A stretch of 35,029 nucleotides of DNA, from NCBI GenBank assembly GCA_002269645.1, contig NIVC01002853.1, forward strand, positions 1 through 35,029, given 5' to 3'. How positions within the stretch are numbered: the first letter of the stretch is position 1; every line of letters begins with the position of its first letter. This DNA is from Macrostomum lignano. Lineage: Eukaryota. Shown here piece by piece: positions 11,463 to 29,295 of this stretch. The notes below the pieces were generated by a model. The model did no database searches and was not told where the DNA came from. It saw nothing but the letters and a program-made list of their open reading frames with translations. The position numbers and the translations under genes are program-made.

Positions 11463-11868
11463 ATGATTGTCAGTGTCTATCTGTAGTAGCTGAGTGATTG
11501 TCAGTGTCTATCTGCAGTAGCTGAGTGATTGCCAATGTCTATCTGCGGTGGCTGGGGGATTGTCAGTGTCTATCTGCGGTTGCTGAGTGATTGTCAGTGT
11601 CTATCTGCAGTAGCTGAGTGATTGCCAATGTCTATCTGCGGTGGCTGGGGGATTGTCAGTGTTTATCTGCGGTTGCTGAGTGATTGCCAGTGTCTATCTG
11701 CGGTGGCTGGGGGATGCTAGTAGGAATCTGCGGTAGCTGAGTGACGCCAGTAGGAATCTGCGGTAGCTGAGTGACGCCAGTAGGAATCTGCGGTAGCTGA
11801 GTGACGCCAGTAGGAATCTGCGGTAGCTGAGTGACGCCAGTAGGAATCTGCGGTAGCTGAGTGGCAGA
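11463..11868. repeat. 31/30-bp minisatellite with two sub-types, ~13 copies
   Basis: ctgagtgattgtcagtgtctatctgcagtag (31 bp) grades into ctgagtgacgccagtaggaatctgcggtag (30 bp); ends ~110 bp before the STAT ATG. Confidence 0.9.
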
Positions 11869-11975
11869 CAGCTATTCGCATTTGCAGTTTTCAATTCACA
11901 ATGCTGGCTAATTCAAAAAGCCGCTCCGCTCGGCACCGCAGGTTGTGACGCAGCCCAATTGTCATTTTCTGCCTC

Positions 11976-17593
<5,618 letters not shown>

Positions 17594-17605
17594 TTTAAGC
17601 TGAGC

Positions 17606-17905
17606 TTTCCAAGCCTCTGCATGTGCGGAATCTCTCCCTAATCTCATGAGAGATTTCCAAGCCTCTGCATGTGCGGAATCTCTCCCTAATCTCATGAGAG
17701 ATTTCCAAGCCTCTGTATGTGCGGAATCTCTCCCTAATCTCATGTAAGATTTCCAAGCCTCTGCATGTGCGGAATCTCTCCCTAATCTCATGAGAGATTT
17801 CCAAGCCTCTGTATGAGTATGTGGGGAATCTCTCCCTAATCTCATGAGAGATTTCCAAGCCTCTGCATGTGCGGAATCTCTCCCTAATCTTAGGTGAGAT
17901 TTCCA
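17606..17905. repeat. 48-bp minisatellite, ~6 copies, starting 13 nt after the STAT stop codon
   Basis: Unit tttccaagcctctgcatgtgcggaatctctccctaatctcatgagaga. Confidence 0.92.
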
Positions 17906-18497
17906 ATGATCTGATTTGCTTCATTCTGGAATCATGCTTAAGATTTTAAAAAATCCATTTGGTTTGTTTGGAAATGTTTTAAGAAATAATGAAGATGCTT
18001 CAATATTTTTGTATCGTTTTTACTAAAACTTTTTATCTTAACTTTCCAACTAACAGAACTTGTATTTTTGGAATTCCCTTCTTCTTAAAAGAACGATCAA
18101 CACTTCGAGCGCCGTTAGTAACTAGGCAAAATTGTGACGAGTTTTAATTTAGTAGAACATTTGGTGCCTGTCTAGTCTAAAATCTGTATTCTATGCCTAC
18201 ATTCGTTTTGCTGGGAAAATGTACTAAAATTCTGTGAATAGCTTTCTTTGTATTTTATTAGTGTAATAATAGGCACCATCCAAGTGCTATATATTCGTTC
18301 ATAATGAATGTTTATCAAAAATTCAAAATTGACGCGTTAATTATTTGTTAAACAAGCCTTCAAGATCTGGGATATATTGCTGAAATTATTATGTACAGTA
18401 GCATATATTGTATTGCTGCTTCGCTTGCAGACGCCAAAAAGCTGCAATGAAAAGCCTTCTCAGTGTAATGCTCATAGATAAGCTCATTTTGGCGCCT

Positions 18498-18930
18498 TCT
18501 CCTGATTCTTGAGCACCCTCTCCTGATTCTTGAGCACCCTCTCCTGATTCTTGAGCACCCTCTCCTGATTCTTGAGCATCCTCTCCTGATTCTTGAGCAC
18601 CCTCTCCTGATTCTTGAGCACCCTCTCCTGATTCTTGAGCACCCTCTCCTGATTCTTGAGCACCCTCTCCTGATTCTTGAGCACCCTCTCCTGATTCTTG
18701 AGCACCCTCTCCTGATTCTTGAGCACCTCTCCTGATTCTTGCGCACCCTCTCCTGATCCTCGGGCACCCTCTCCTAATCCTTGAGCACCCTCTCCTGATT
18801 CTTGAGCACCCTCTCCTGATCCTCAAGCACCCTCTCCTAATCCTTGAGCACCCTCTCCTGATTCTTGAGCACCCTCTCCTGATCCTCGGGCACCCTCTCC
18901 TAATCCTTGAGCACCCTCTCTTGATTCTTG
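18498..18930. repeat. 21-bp minisatellite, ~20 copies
   Basis: Unit ctcctgattcttgagcaccct; lies between the convergent STAT and GPCR 3' ends. Confidence 0.95.
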
Positions 18931-19160
18931 GGGTAGACCCCCTGCCACCCTCCCTGATGCTGGGCGTGGGCCGCCCGTCACCCTTTCCTGACCGAACTTT
19001 GACGCTGTGACTTCATCTTGAATTCTCTTGAACCCCTTGATTTTCACCTTTTGTATGTTGACAAATTATTAATTATCAAGTAACTTGTAGCATTCAAAAT
19101 TTTAAGTCTTCTTATCGTTAAATATTGTTCTTTAAATCATTGGCTGTCCTGTTCAACTCT

Positions 19161-20948
19161 TTAAGTGCCGGTCACCAAGTCAACGAAACAGCGGCGGAGT
19201 CGTCGGCTGAACAGCAGGTACCAGAGCGGCACCAGCACCGTGTTGCAGTAGAACATGATGGTGACTGTCTTGTGCACAGCCAGAAATTGTTGGGAACTCT
19301 TTTCGGCTGCCTCGGCCAGTAGGCCGGGCGCGCAGGTGACCAGGTAGGGCAGGGTCGGCAGCAGAAGCAGCAGGAAAGACACCAGGCTGCGCCGGACCGC
19401 CTGTCTCAGGCTCACTTGATCTCGGCGCCGTTTCAGCGCCTCTTGATGACTAAATCGGCGACTGCGGCTGATGTCCGTGAACTGAGGCTGTTGTTGTTGT
19501 TGTTGCTGCTGCTGCTGAGGCCACTCGGCTGAGGTTGCCAAACTGAGCCTTCGCGAGTCTAGCGAAGCCAAGCTCGGCTCGGCTGGCAGCTGCAGGAAGC
19601 TGTTCAACTGCATCATCGACGCGTCGCCGCCGCCGCCGGAGATGCGCTGGGGCCGGCTTAATCTGGCTCGAAAATTGGACTCGCGGTCGACCAAGATGGA
19701 CACGGACTCCAGTCCGGTCTCGTAGCCAACCCGGACTGGTTGGCTCTCCGGGGACGGCGATGTCCTTGCCAACGAGTGCAGAATCGCATAGTAGCCACGG
19801 CAAATGTAGGCCACCAGACCCACTACCAGGATGATGAGGAGTGCGTATGAGGCCACTGAGCCCGCGTTTGTCTCCTTGATCACCTGGTTTTCGTGCTCCA
19901 GCCTGTATGGAACGGTTGATTAGCGGTAAAGAGCCGGTAGCTTTGACCTCGAGTCGGCTTGAACTGCCAAGTCCTCTTTCTAAAGCCAGTTGTTAGCTAA
20001 TCCATCTAGACCACTCACTGTCCTGTCTGTAGCCCCCCCATCTAGACCACTCACTGCCCTGTCTGTAAGCCCCCCCCCATCTAGACCACTCACTGCCCTG
20101 TCTGTGGTCCCATCTAGACCACTCACTGCCCTGTCTGTGGTCCCATCTAGACCACTCACTGCCCTGTCTGTAAGCCCCCCATCTAGACCACTCACTGCCC
20201 TGTCTGTAAACCCCCTCATCTAGACCACTCACTGCCCTGTCTGTAAGCCCCCCATCTAGACCACTCACTGCCCTGTCTGTAGCCCCCCCCCCATCTAGAC
20301 CAGTCACTGTCCTGTCTGTGGTCCCGTCTAGACCACTCGCTGTCCTGTCTGTAGTCTCATCTAGACCACTCACTGCCCTGTCTGTAGCCCCATTTAGAGT
20401 CACACTAGAGAGCACTGAACTACCGCAACTTGCAATGGTGAATGGTGCACCAACCCAGAGAAGGCAGGCACAGTAAGCGGCAGGAATCTATTCTGCCGGC
20501 ACTCCGACAGCGGCCTGAACTGCAGCAGCACCAGGAGCGAGGACAGCAGCAGCGACAGCACCCAGTCCAGCATGAGCAGCTTTCGCACTAACGCCTTCTT
20601 CCTGCTCAGCGTCACCTGGAATTGGCCCAGAACCTTGCCGCGGAAGTAGGCAATGCAGCCGAAGCATATCAGATAGTGAAGCAGGCAGCAGACTATGATA
20701 AAACAGCTGAAGGTTTTCAGCACGACCGGCATTAGATTATGACAGGCTCGACGCTCCAGGCTAACGCGCAGTATGGACAGGCCGATATCCACGCTAAGCA
20801 GCAGGTCGATTGCGCAGAAATTCAGCAGCAGACCGTTCGGCGGCGCGTGCAGACAAGGCGACTTGACAATGGTTAGAATCAGCGCCGAGTTGACTGTCGC
20901 TGATAGAACGAATAGCACGGCTAAAACGCTCGTCTCCCCTACTATCAT
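19161..20948 (-). CDS. Orphan rhodopsin-like (class A) GPCR; exons ~20948-20455 and 19902-19161
   Basis: TM1 (VLAVLFVLSATVNSALILTIV), TM2 (LLLNFCAIDLLL), Cys before TM3 (RRACHN), TM3-4, ECL2 Cys (SECRQ); then TM5 (YALLIILVVGLVAYICRGY), a long ICL3 with polyQ, TM6 (LVSFLLLLLPTLPYLV), TM7 (FYCNTVLVPLWYLLFSRRLR). Acceptor ctaat...ccatacag|G at 19903/19902 (phase 2) is clear; donor GG|GTTGGT at 20455 and the start codon are tentative. Confidence 0.8.
19995..20400. repeat. 36-40-bp minisatellite, ~10 copies (GPCR intron)
   Basis: Unit catctagaccactcactgccctgtctgtagccc(c)n with a variable C-run. Confidence 0.93.
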
Positions 20949-23917
20949 GTCTATTATGTGGTGTATTCGATCTGCTTGTTCCGATGGCAACCTTTGCTGA
21001 CAGCTGACTAGCTAAAGAGCTCAGTCTGCTAAGATCAGATGCTCAAGCAACGTGGATGGCAATCTTCGATCCTCTGCAGTTTAAATTGCGCTTCCTTTAT
21101 GAGCAGTTGCTTCTCCCAATCCTTTTAACTAATCACAATCTGTTGCGCTGTGCGGGCGGAATTAGTGCCGAGTTCAGTCGCGCAATCAGATGCTGTTTAA
21201 ACACAATATCAGGAAGCGATGCAAAGTGGCGGCTGTGGTCTCCTAACTCTTGTGCCCACGGCCCCAACGCCACTTCGCCTCTTTCAAGACCGTGTTAACG
21301 CTCTCGTGAATAGCGATAAGAGAGTTTGACTGCGGCCAACTCTGCATGTGGGCAGCAGGTCATGCGCGTTTCATCTCCTTCGTACTCGTACGATAAGTGA
21401 CTTAGCTGTTTTACTATGTTTAGTTAAACACTGTTGCAGAAACAGCATTACAAAACTATTCAATATGATCCGATATAGTATACAGTAGCGTATATAGTAT
21501 TGTACCTACATGATTTACACCGTGTACTATATGATTTGCTGGTAGAGACCCATGCAGATATGATTATTAAGGTCAGCAAATCTTTAAAGAGCATGGTGGT
21601 TCCTTAATTTCTTTTAATTCAACAGCATAATGTACGAGTACACAGTATATATGTACATTTCGACTGTAACCAAATTAGTTCGTCGAGCACTGACGACCAC
21701 CCCTGACGCAGCGGCTGCTGTCTGAACTTTCTCAAATCATCACGAACCTGTTGAAAAAAACATACACTGCTGTCTTGGAGGAAACCCTGTTGATGCACAC
21801 ACTCCATCGCATATTTAAAAAAAATGTTTCCAACCCAAGAGAGGACCCGACGACCTTATGGCCCTGTGAACCAACGCGGCATCGCCCTTAATTATATGTA
21901 CATGTACCTTGCATGGCCAAGCTGCTCAACACAATCCTTCGAAATGGGCTGCTCCCTGGGCTTAACCCGCTTCTCAGCCTTCAAATGGCTTCAGACCTGA
22001 CAGATCATCGACTAACCGTCCTACAGTATACCCACGTACATATATACTGGTACGAGTAGTCCCCTTGCTCGATCAAGAGCTTGCGAGCCCTAGCTAGCTG
22101 CCTCTCAGTGCGATTCTTCGACGAATGCGCCTGTCACTCGTTGGCCACGTCCTCAGACGCCACAATAGAGGCAAAGCAAACCCTCTCGCTATAAATGGCT
22201 CTGCATGACTACCATGCACTGACATCCAGGCCATTGACCCATGTGACTGCCTCTTCTTGCTCCTCCCAACTCTTCAGAAAGTTGGGTGCGATAGACCGAC
22301 CCTTCCGTGTCTGAGCAGTGAGCATCTGATCAGCTGATATTATTAATATTATATATTAATCAATTGTTAGTTTATGTAGATTATTGACGCCGTATTCTTA
22401 AATAAATTTATAAAATTATTCCTAAAACTGTCGTAAAAATACACAGCCTTGACATCTGTTTAAGTAGTTTTTCTGAAAATTGTTTTACTAAAGATAAGGC
22501 TTTGGCTATTTTAAATGTTTATTATTTATTCGAAACGAGTTGCAGCGAGCCTGTCTTATCCTGCAGAATCGTTCGTTAAATTCACTGTACGCACATTTTT
22601 TAACTATTGACATGAAACTTTCCAAAATTATGCTAAAATTATGCCAACATTTTAAAAATGTTTTGGCTATTAAATTTCATTTGTGGGGGGTTGTAAGTTA
22701 CAACCATATTAATACAAATATCGATGTAACTTTTATTCATTCATCATTTCAAAGTATCCAAAAATACCTTTTGAACAAGTATTTAATACATCGACTTATA
22801 TTGGCCGAACAGGCTTTTTGCCAGAGCCAAACTTACTTACTCTACTACTACTAAAAAAGCTCACAACATAACATGGAACTTTGTGCAGAAGATTTTGACT
22901 TTTGAGTGATGTCTGACTTCAGGTAGCCTCTCAGACTGGAACACACTTGGTCTATATTGCTTTCTGGCGGAGCTGCTGTTCCTGTAGGCTTGTAAATTAG
23001 TTTAATAGCTCATTAAAATGCTCGCAATACCTTTGTTTGGCATTGGGAGAAAGATTCCATGCTGTAGGCTAACTCGGCAATGTTGCAATTTGTTCAGATT
23101 CAGCAGCTCAGCAGCAGGTACAACCTCAGCAGCTGGGATTATAAATGGTTGTGCAGCTTGACGTCCTGCCATGACTTGCAAAATATTTTATATCTTAAGC
23201 AATTCTAGGTTGAGAAACCCCTCACTAAAACTTGCCCAAAAGTGTCTATGGCCTTTTAGGATGACGTGGCATGACAAGTCAGCATAAATTTAAACCCTCT
23301 GTGACACATTGGTGTGTATTCAAAAGTAAAAATAATTATGCGAAACAAACTGCAACATTGCTGCTAATGCCTATATCATATTGGTATTCACCATCTCACA
23401 TACTACCTGCATTTAAAAGCAAAAAATGGGCCTACTATGGATTAAATATTTGGTTTTATTTGTTTTTTTTAAACATTTCATGTGTGCCACTATTAGCCTA
23501 GCTATCTAGACCTATGACTAGGCCTATTGCCTATTGCCTATAACACTACAAGTTATGCTATTATTATACTATGTATTAAGCCAAGTCCAGTACTAAGTGC
23601 TAGGCACAATTCTAATATTCAGATACTATTATTAGCATGTAATACTTTTTGTTTTAGGTATTAGAATATCAAAGCCAATACTTTTTGACAATATAGGAGT
23701 TTGTTAGGAACTTTCAAAATAATTTTTAATTTTTTTAATAGTCTAATAGGGCCTAGTCTAATACTAATATTAATAAAATTTTGTACATTAAAACTATATT
23801 GAATAGAATTTTAAAAATTGAACTGGACAAATAATAAAAAGCTATATACTGGCTTTAATAATATAATAATATGATAATATACAAAAGGTAAATATCATAA
23901 TCAATATTATTTATATA

Positions 23918-24185
23918 CTCGGCAACATTGAAAAGTCGCCACTCTATGCGCCAGTGAGCAATTTCTCTTTGACTTTTCTGAACTAAAAGATACGAGAAAA
24001 CTGATTGGGGTAGCTTTTATCAGTTCAACCCTAGCACACCGCACTTGCCCAACTTCATTCCTCAACCCAAGTAGCTAAGTTGCGTCACTTGCAAAGATTT
24101 AGAGAATTTACCTGCACTCTCAAAAGTGGCAACAGCTGACCACAGATGAAATCTTCTGTGATGGCGACTTTTTGATGTTGCTGAG
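23918..24185. mobile_element. TA-flanked MITE (Tc1/mariner-superfamily type), 268 bp
   Basis: TA|CTCGGCAACATTGAAAAGTCGCCA ... TGGCGACTTTTTGATGTTGCTGAG|TA; ~24-bp TIRs. Confidence 0.8.
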
Positions 24186-25125
24186 TATATATAGCTTTTT
24201 ATTATTAGTCTACTTCAATTTCTAAAATTATGTTTAATATAATTTTAGAAAGTAGGTAAGGCCTATTTGTTATCATTCTAAGAAAGACTAAAAAGCTAAG
24301 TCTTATTTAGCAAAGCCTAATATATTGCTATACTTGCTTATTTCTAAACAACAAAATAACTTCTTTGAATCATTAATCAAATTTGTAAAAAGTCAAAAAA
24401 GTCAAACTAATAAAATATAACTTTTATTTCATTATAATGCTCTTTTTATAACAGGGCACCTTAAGTTTTATTTTAGCTGAAATGGCATATTCCAAAGAGT
24501 ATACTATATATAAACTCATTGTGTTGATACTTGATATTATTTAAGAAGCTTTCTATATGAATACGAATCTTGCTTAAACTTTTTAAATGATTACCATGTT
24601 AGAGTCATAGTATTGATAATTTGAAGTCCTAAATTAAGTTTGTCTTATATAGCTATTTATATATTGCTTTATGGTAATATAAGCATGCTAATAATCTCAT
24701 TAGATTTATTGCTTTATAATACAGTTGTTCATACACAGACCTTTTTACATATAATGGTTTAAATCTAAAGTAAGTTTAAACATAAGTCTAAAAGAACTTA
24801 AACTTGATGAAAGAAACTGAAACTATAGGGCCTAAGGGAAATTGGTATATGTCTTACAAAATGCAAACTGTCTGTAATTTTTTTATAAGATGCTATAAAA
24901 TAATACTTACACTTGATCAATTGTGGTGCCATAATTTGTTTTAACTTCACTGCCACAGAAGAATTATTTTTGTTTTTTTACTTTGCCATTTTTGAGCCTT
25001 CAATTTTTTTAAGCAACAATATCTGAACTTTCTACTTCAAGTAGCGCAAATCCTTGTTGCCCTCCAGACTAGCACTAGTTAGCCGCCGCGCATCGTACAG
25101 TTGCACAGTCAGCAGGCGGGTCGCC

Positions 25126-27059
25126 ATGCAGCGCCCGTTCGGCGCGAGTGCCGCCGCCTCCCCAACCGCCGTCCAGGCGACTGCATCTTCGCCAGCTTCA
25201 ACCGCGGTGGCTCCGCCGCCACCTCACCGTCAGCAGCAACATCAGGCGGTTGCGCGCATTCATCAGCACCCTGCCTCCGCCAACTTGACGACGACCACTC
25301 TGCCAGGCAGTCGGGCCGCCGTGTCTGCCGGCAGTCCGACCCGGGTTGCGCCGCAGGGCGAGGAGAGCCTCCAATCGGGCCTGGCCTCTCTCAGCCCGCC
25401 GGCAGAGCCGCGTCCCCAGCCGCCGCTGCTGTCTAAACTGCTGCCGAGGGCTTTCCCTCCCCTGACCCCGGCCGAGGACAAAGTGGTGGCCTCCGCTACT
25501 CACGTGTTCCTGTCCGAGTCCGTGCCAGTGCAGGGCCGGCGCGGCTCGCAGCAGTTGCCGCCAAAGAGTCCGAAAAGTCCCCGAAGTCCCCGGCCGCCAA
25601 AAGGGGCCGCAGCGGCAGCCGCAGCTCCCTACCAACCTGCCGTTGCTTCTCCTGTGGCTTCGCCGCAGCAGCAGCAACAGCAGCCGCAGCAGCATCAGCT
25701 CCTTGGACCGCCTGCTAGTCCCACTACTGGTCATCAAAGTCTTCAGCATCAGCAGCATCACGACCAGCAGCAGCAGCAGCAGCAGCAGCATCACGACCAC
25801 CAGCAGCAGCAGCAGCAGCATACTTACGCTGTACCCTACGCAGGCCAGTTTCTGCAGCAACAGCTTCAGCAGCAGCAACAGCAGCAGCTCGGCAGCCGTA
25901 CCCGCTCCCATCCAAACCTGCTCAACGATTATGTAAACGTTGTGGACGCCTCGCCAGATAAACCGCCGCTGCCTCATCAAGGCGGTCAGCCTCCGCTTCC
26001 GCCGCCTCTTCATCCGTCTCTCCAGCATCCGCACCATCATCAGCATCATCATCAGCACAATCAGCATCCGGACTCCTCAGGCGCGGCGCTGCACTCGCTC
26101 CGGCTTCAACTGGAGGCTGCGCAGTCGCGTGCCAGCCGAGTGGAGCTGTTGGAACGCGAGCTGTCCCGCTTGGCTGACGCGCACGAAGCTCTGGTTAAAT
26201 CGGCCGAGCGGAGCGCCCGTCTCGAGACCGCGGTGCGGCGCCGGCTAGAACGAGAGTGCGCCCTGCTCAGACAGGAGAATGCTCAACTGAGAGACCGGCT
26301 GCTCAGCGCTGCCGAGTTTCATCATCAGCAGCAGCATCATCAGCATCAGCCGGCTACTCAGGAGACTCTGCAACGATTGGAGGCTGAAAATCTGGCTGTG
26401 AGTTTGTTGAGTTTAAATCAATTAGTGTTAAAGAGGCCAATTATCAGTTGGTTAAAGAGGCCAATTAGCAGTCAGTTAAAGAGGCCACTTATCAGTCAGT
26501 TAAAAAGGCCAATTAGCAGTCAGTTAAAGAGGCCAATTAATTATCAGTCAGTTAAAGAGGCCAATTATCAGTCAGTTAAAAAGGCCAATTAGCAGTCAGT
26601 TAAAGAGGCCAATTATCAGTCAGTTAAAGAGGCCAATTAGCAGTCAGTTAAAGAGGCCAATTATCAGTCAGTTAAAGAGGCCAATTATCAGTCAGTTAAA
26701 GAGGCCAATTATCAGTCAGTTAAAGAGGCCAATTATCAGTCAGTTAAAGAGGCCAATTATCAGTCAGTTAAAAAGGCCAATTAGCAGTCAGTTAAAGAGG
26801 CCAATTATCAGTCAGTTAAAGAGGCCAATTATCAGTCAGTTAAAGAGGCCAATTATCAGTCTGTTAAACGGGCCAATTAGCAGCTACTTTATTCAGGTAT
26901 TCAAAAATTTGTATTTATATTCTTAGCATAATAATTGCATTATCACAGGTCTCATTTTAATGTCTAAACTCCTTAAATCCTTTTTAGCTCAAAGAGCAGC
27001 TGCTGAGCTCTCCAGCGCATCAACAGCAGCACAATCCCAACTGCAGTAAACAGAGCTGA
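25126..27059 (+). CDS. AMOT: Angiomotin-like protein, apparently C-terminally truncated; exons 25126-26397 and 26988-27059
   Basis: After a P/Q/H-rich N-terminus, VELLERELSRLADAHEALVKSAERSARLETAVRRRLERECALLRQENAQLRDRL aligns by eye with the angiomotin coiled-coil start ([54 protein letters not shown]). Donor GCT|GTGAGT at 26397/26398 and acceptor tttttag|CTC at 26987/26988 are both phase 0 (AENLA|LKEQLL); stop at 27057-27059; AATAAA at 27410-27415. An acceptor at 25067 may mean an upstream exon. Confidence 0.7.
26419..26884. repeat. 24-bp minisatellite, ~19 copies (angiomotin intron)
   Basis: Unit aaagaggccaattatcagtcagtt. Confidence 0.95.
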
Positions 27060-27427
27060 CATTCTGACAAAAACGGTCAAGTTGTTCTTGTGGAAACATG
27101 TAACTTTTAAACTTTTTTTCTGATTCGAAATGATTTTTTACAACGAGCTCGTCTCTTTTAAAAATGCAATTTAATTAGCGCAACCTGATGCAAAATCACA
27201 AATCGAAATGTTTATATTCTTATTCTAGTTGGCATTAACTGTATAGCATATCTGTTATTCTGTTAATAATTTTCCAACGGGTTGTACTTGATCATGACGC
27301 TCTTCCCTACCTTTGTTTTGTACTGCTTTTGTCTTCCTGTTTTTTATTGCACCTTTGCTGTCGGCTTCGTGCTCAAGAAAAAAATTACTTATTGTGCTTT
27401 TTCACTTTTAATAAATATTGCCCCAAT

Positions 27428-27652
27428 AAGTCCTCGGATTGGTCCTATAATACTTTGATAGGTCCTCGGATTGGTCCTGTAATACTTTGATAGGTCCTCG
27501 GATTGGTCCTATAATACTTTGATTGGTCCTCGGATTGGTCCTATAATACTTTGATAGGTCCTCGGATTGGTCCTATAATACTTTGATAGGTCCTCGGATC
27601 GGTCCTATAATACTTTGATAGGTCCTCGGATCGGTCCTATAATACTTTGATA
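27428..27652. repeat. 32-bp minisatellite, ~7 copies
   Basis: Unit ggtcctcggattggtcctataatactttgata. Confidence 0.93.
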
Positions 27653-28272
27653 CGTCCTAGGCTACACAATTTGAAGCAAGTCTTCCTACTGTTTTTAGTG
27701 ATATTTACACGTGTCACACACTTTAGAAGCGTCTGTATTAATCATAGCAACTTTACTAACGATACCTCCTATTGTGCTTTAATGGATCAGATTAACAGCT
27801 ATATGTAGCATGTATGCTATGGTAGGTAAATTAGCTTTATTAATACTCTCCGCCAGGTCAGTATTACTTGTCCCTTGGCTAGACCTCTCCTGCCTTTGTA
27901 TTTTTAGTGATTTTTCGCAATTTTTACAGTAAATACTTAGTTGCACTAGCCATTTGTACTATTAGCATGCACCGTACTTTGCTCTTTAACTGACCACTGC
28001 TGATGGCTTTTGTCCCCGAGGTCTTGTACCTATCTAGTGTCTTTAATTGGCCTAACTTTTTTTCACTGACAGCCTTGACACCCTTTATCTCCACCGCCAG
28101 CGTACACTGCTCATCTTTTTATTTGTTTGTTTAAATTTATTACTTTAATAAAATGAAAATACAGACTTGTCAGAATCTGTAGTTACATTGCTGTGTCTGA
28201 TTGAAGCTTTTCCAGTGTAAAAGTTCTGCTGTGTTGCCAGAATTGCTTAATGTTTAGCGCGCTTATTTATTA

Positions 28273-29262
28273 ATGAGTGTCTGCGATGCTAAAATGAGTG
28301 TCTGCAACGCTAAAATGAGTGTCTGCGATGCTAAAATGAGTGTCTGCGACGCTAAAATGAGTGTCTGCAACGCTAAAATGAGTGTCTGCGATGCTAAAAT
28401 GAGTGTCTGCAACGCTAAAATGAGTGTCTGCGATGCTAAAATGAGTGTCTGCAACGCTAAAATGAGTGTCTGCGATGCTAAAATGAGTGTCTGCGACGCC
28501 AAAATGAGTGTCTGCGATGCTAAACTGAGTGTCTGCGACGCCAAAATGAGTGTCTGCGATGCTAAACTGAATGTCTGCGACGCCAAAATGAGTGTCTGCG
28601 ATGCTAAACTGAGTGTCTGCGACGCCAAAATGAGTGTCTGCGATGCTAAACTGAGTGTCTGCGACGCCAAAATGAGTGTCTGCGATGCTAAACTGAATGT
28701 CTGCGACGCCAAAATGAGTGTCTGCGATGCTAAACTGAGTGTCTGCGTCGCCAAAATGAGTGTCTGCGATGCTAAACTGAATGTCTGCGACGCCAAAATG
28801 AGTGTCTGCGATGCTAAACTGAGTGTCTGCGTCGCCAAAATGAGTGTCTGCGGCGCTAAATTGAGTGTCTGAGACGCTAAAATGAGTGTCTGCGACGCTA
28901 AAATGAGTGTCTGCGACGCTAAATTGAGTGTCTGAGACGCTAAAATGAGTGTCTGCGACGCCAAAATGAGTGTCTGCGATGCTAAACTGAGTGTCTGCGT
29001 CGCCAAAATGAGTGTCTGCGGCGCTAAATTGAGTGTCTGAGACGCTAAAATGAGTGTCTGCGACGCTAAAATGAGTGTCTGCGACGCTAAATTGAGTGTC
29101 TGAGACGCTAAAATGAGTGTCTGCGGCGCCAAAATGAGTCTGAGACGCTAAAATGAGTGTCTGCGATGCTAAACTGAGTGTCTGCGGCGCCAAAATGAGT
29201 GCCTGCGGCGCCAAAATGAGTGTCTGAGATGCTAAAATGAATGCCTGCGGCACCAAAATAAG
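28273..29262. repeat. 21-bp minisatellite, ~47 copies, with higher-order structure
   Basis: Unit gagtgtctgcgatgctaaaat and variants. Confidence 0.95.
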
Positions 29263-29295
29263 CGCTGACAACACCGATTCTAGAAGTAATGTATG

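Noticed and set aside
21600-22330. GC-richer island with faint transposase-like peptides on the minus strand (GLKPF, VLDELIW)
   Set aside because: No continuous frame, TIR or catalytic motif; needs a profile search.
25198-26067. 289-aa antisense ORF and other antisense ORFs over USP36, STAT and the transposase
   Set aside because: Shadow ORFs of GC-rich or CAG-rich coding sequence with no recognisable motifs.
28263-29274. Long ORFs of 199-334 aa with 7-aa repeats (SVADTHF, LASQTLI, MSVCDAK)
   Set aside because: By-products of a stop-free 21-bp unit read in several frames; no splice or domain support.
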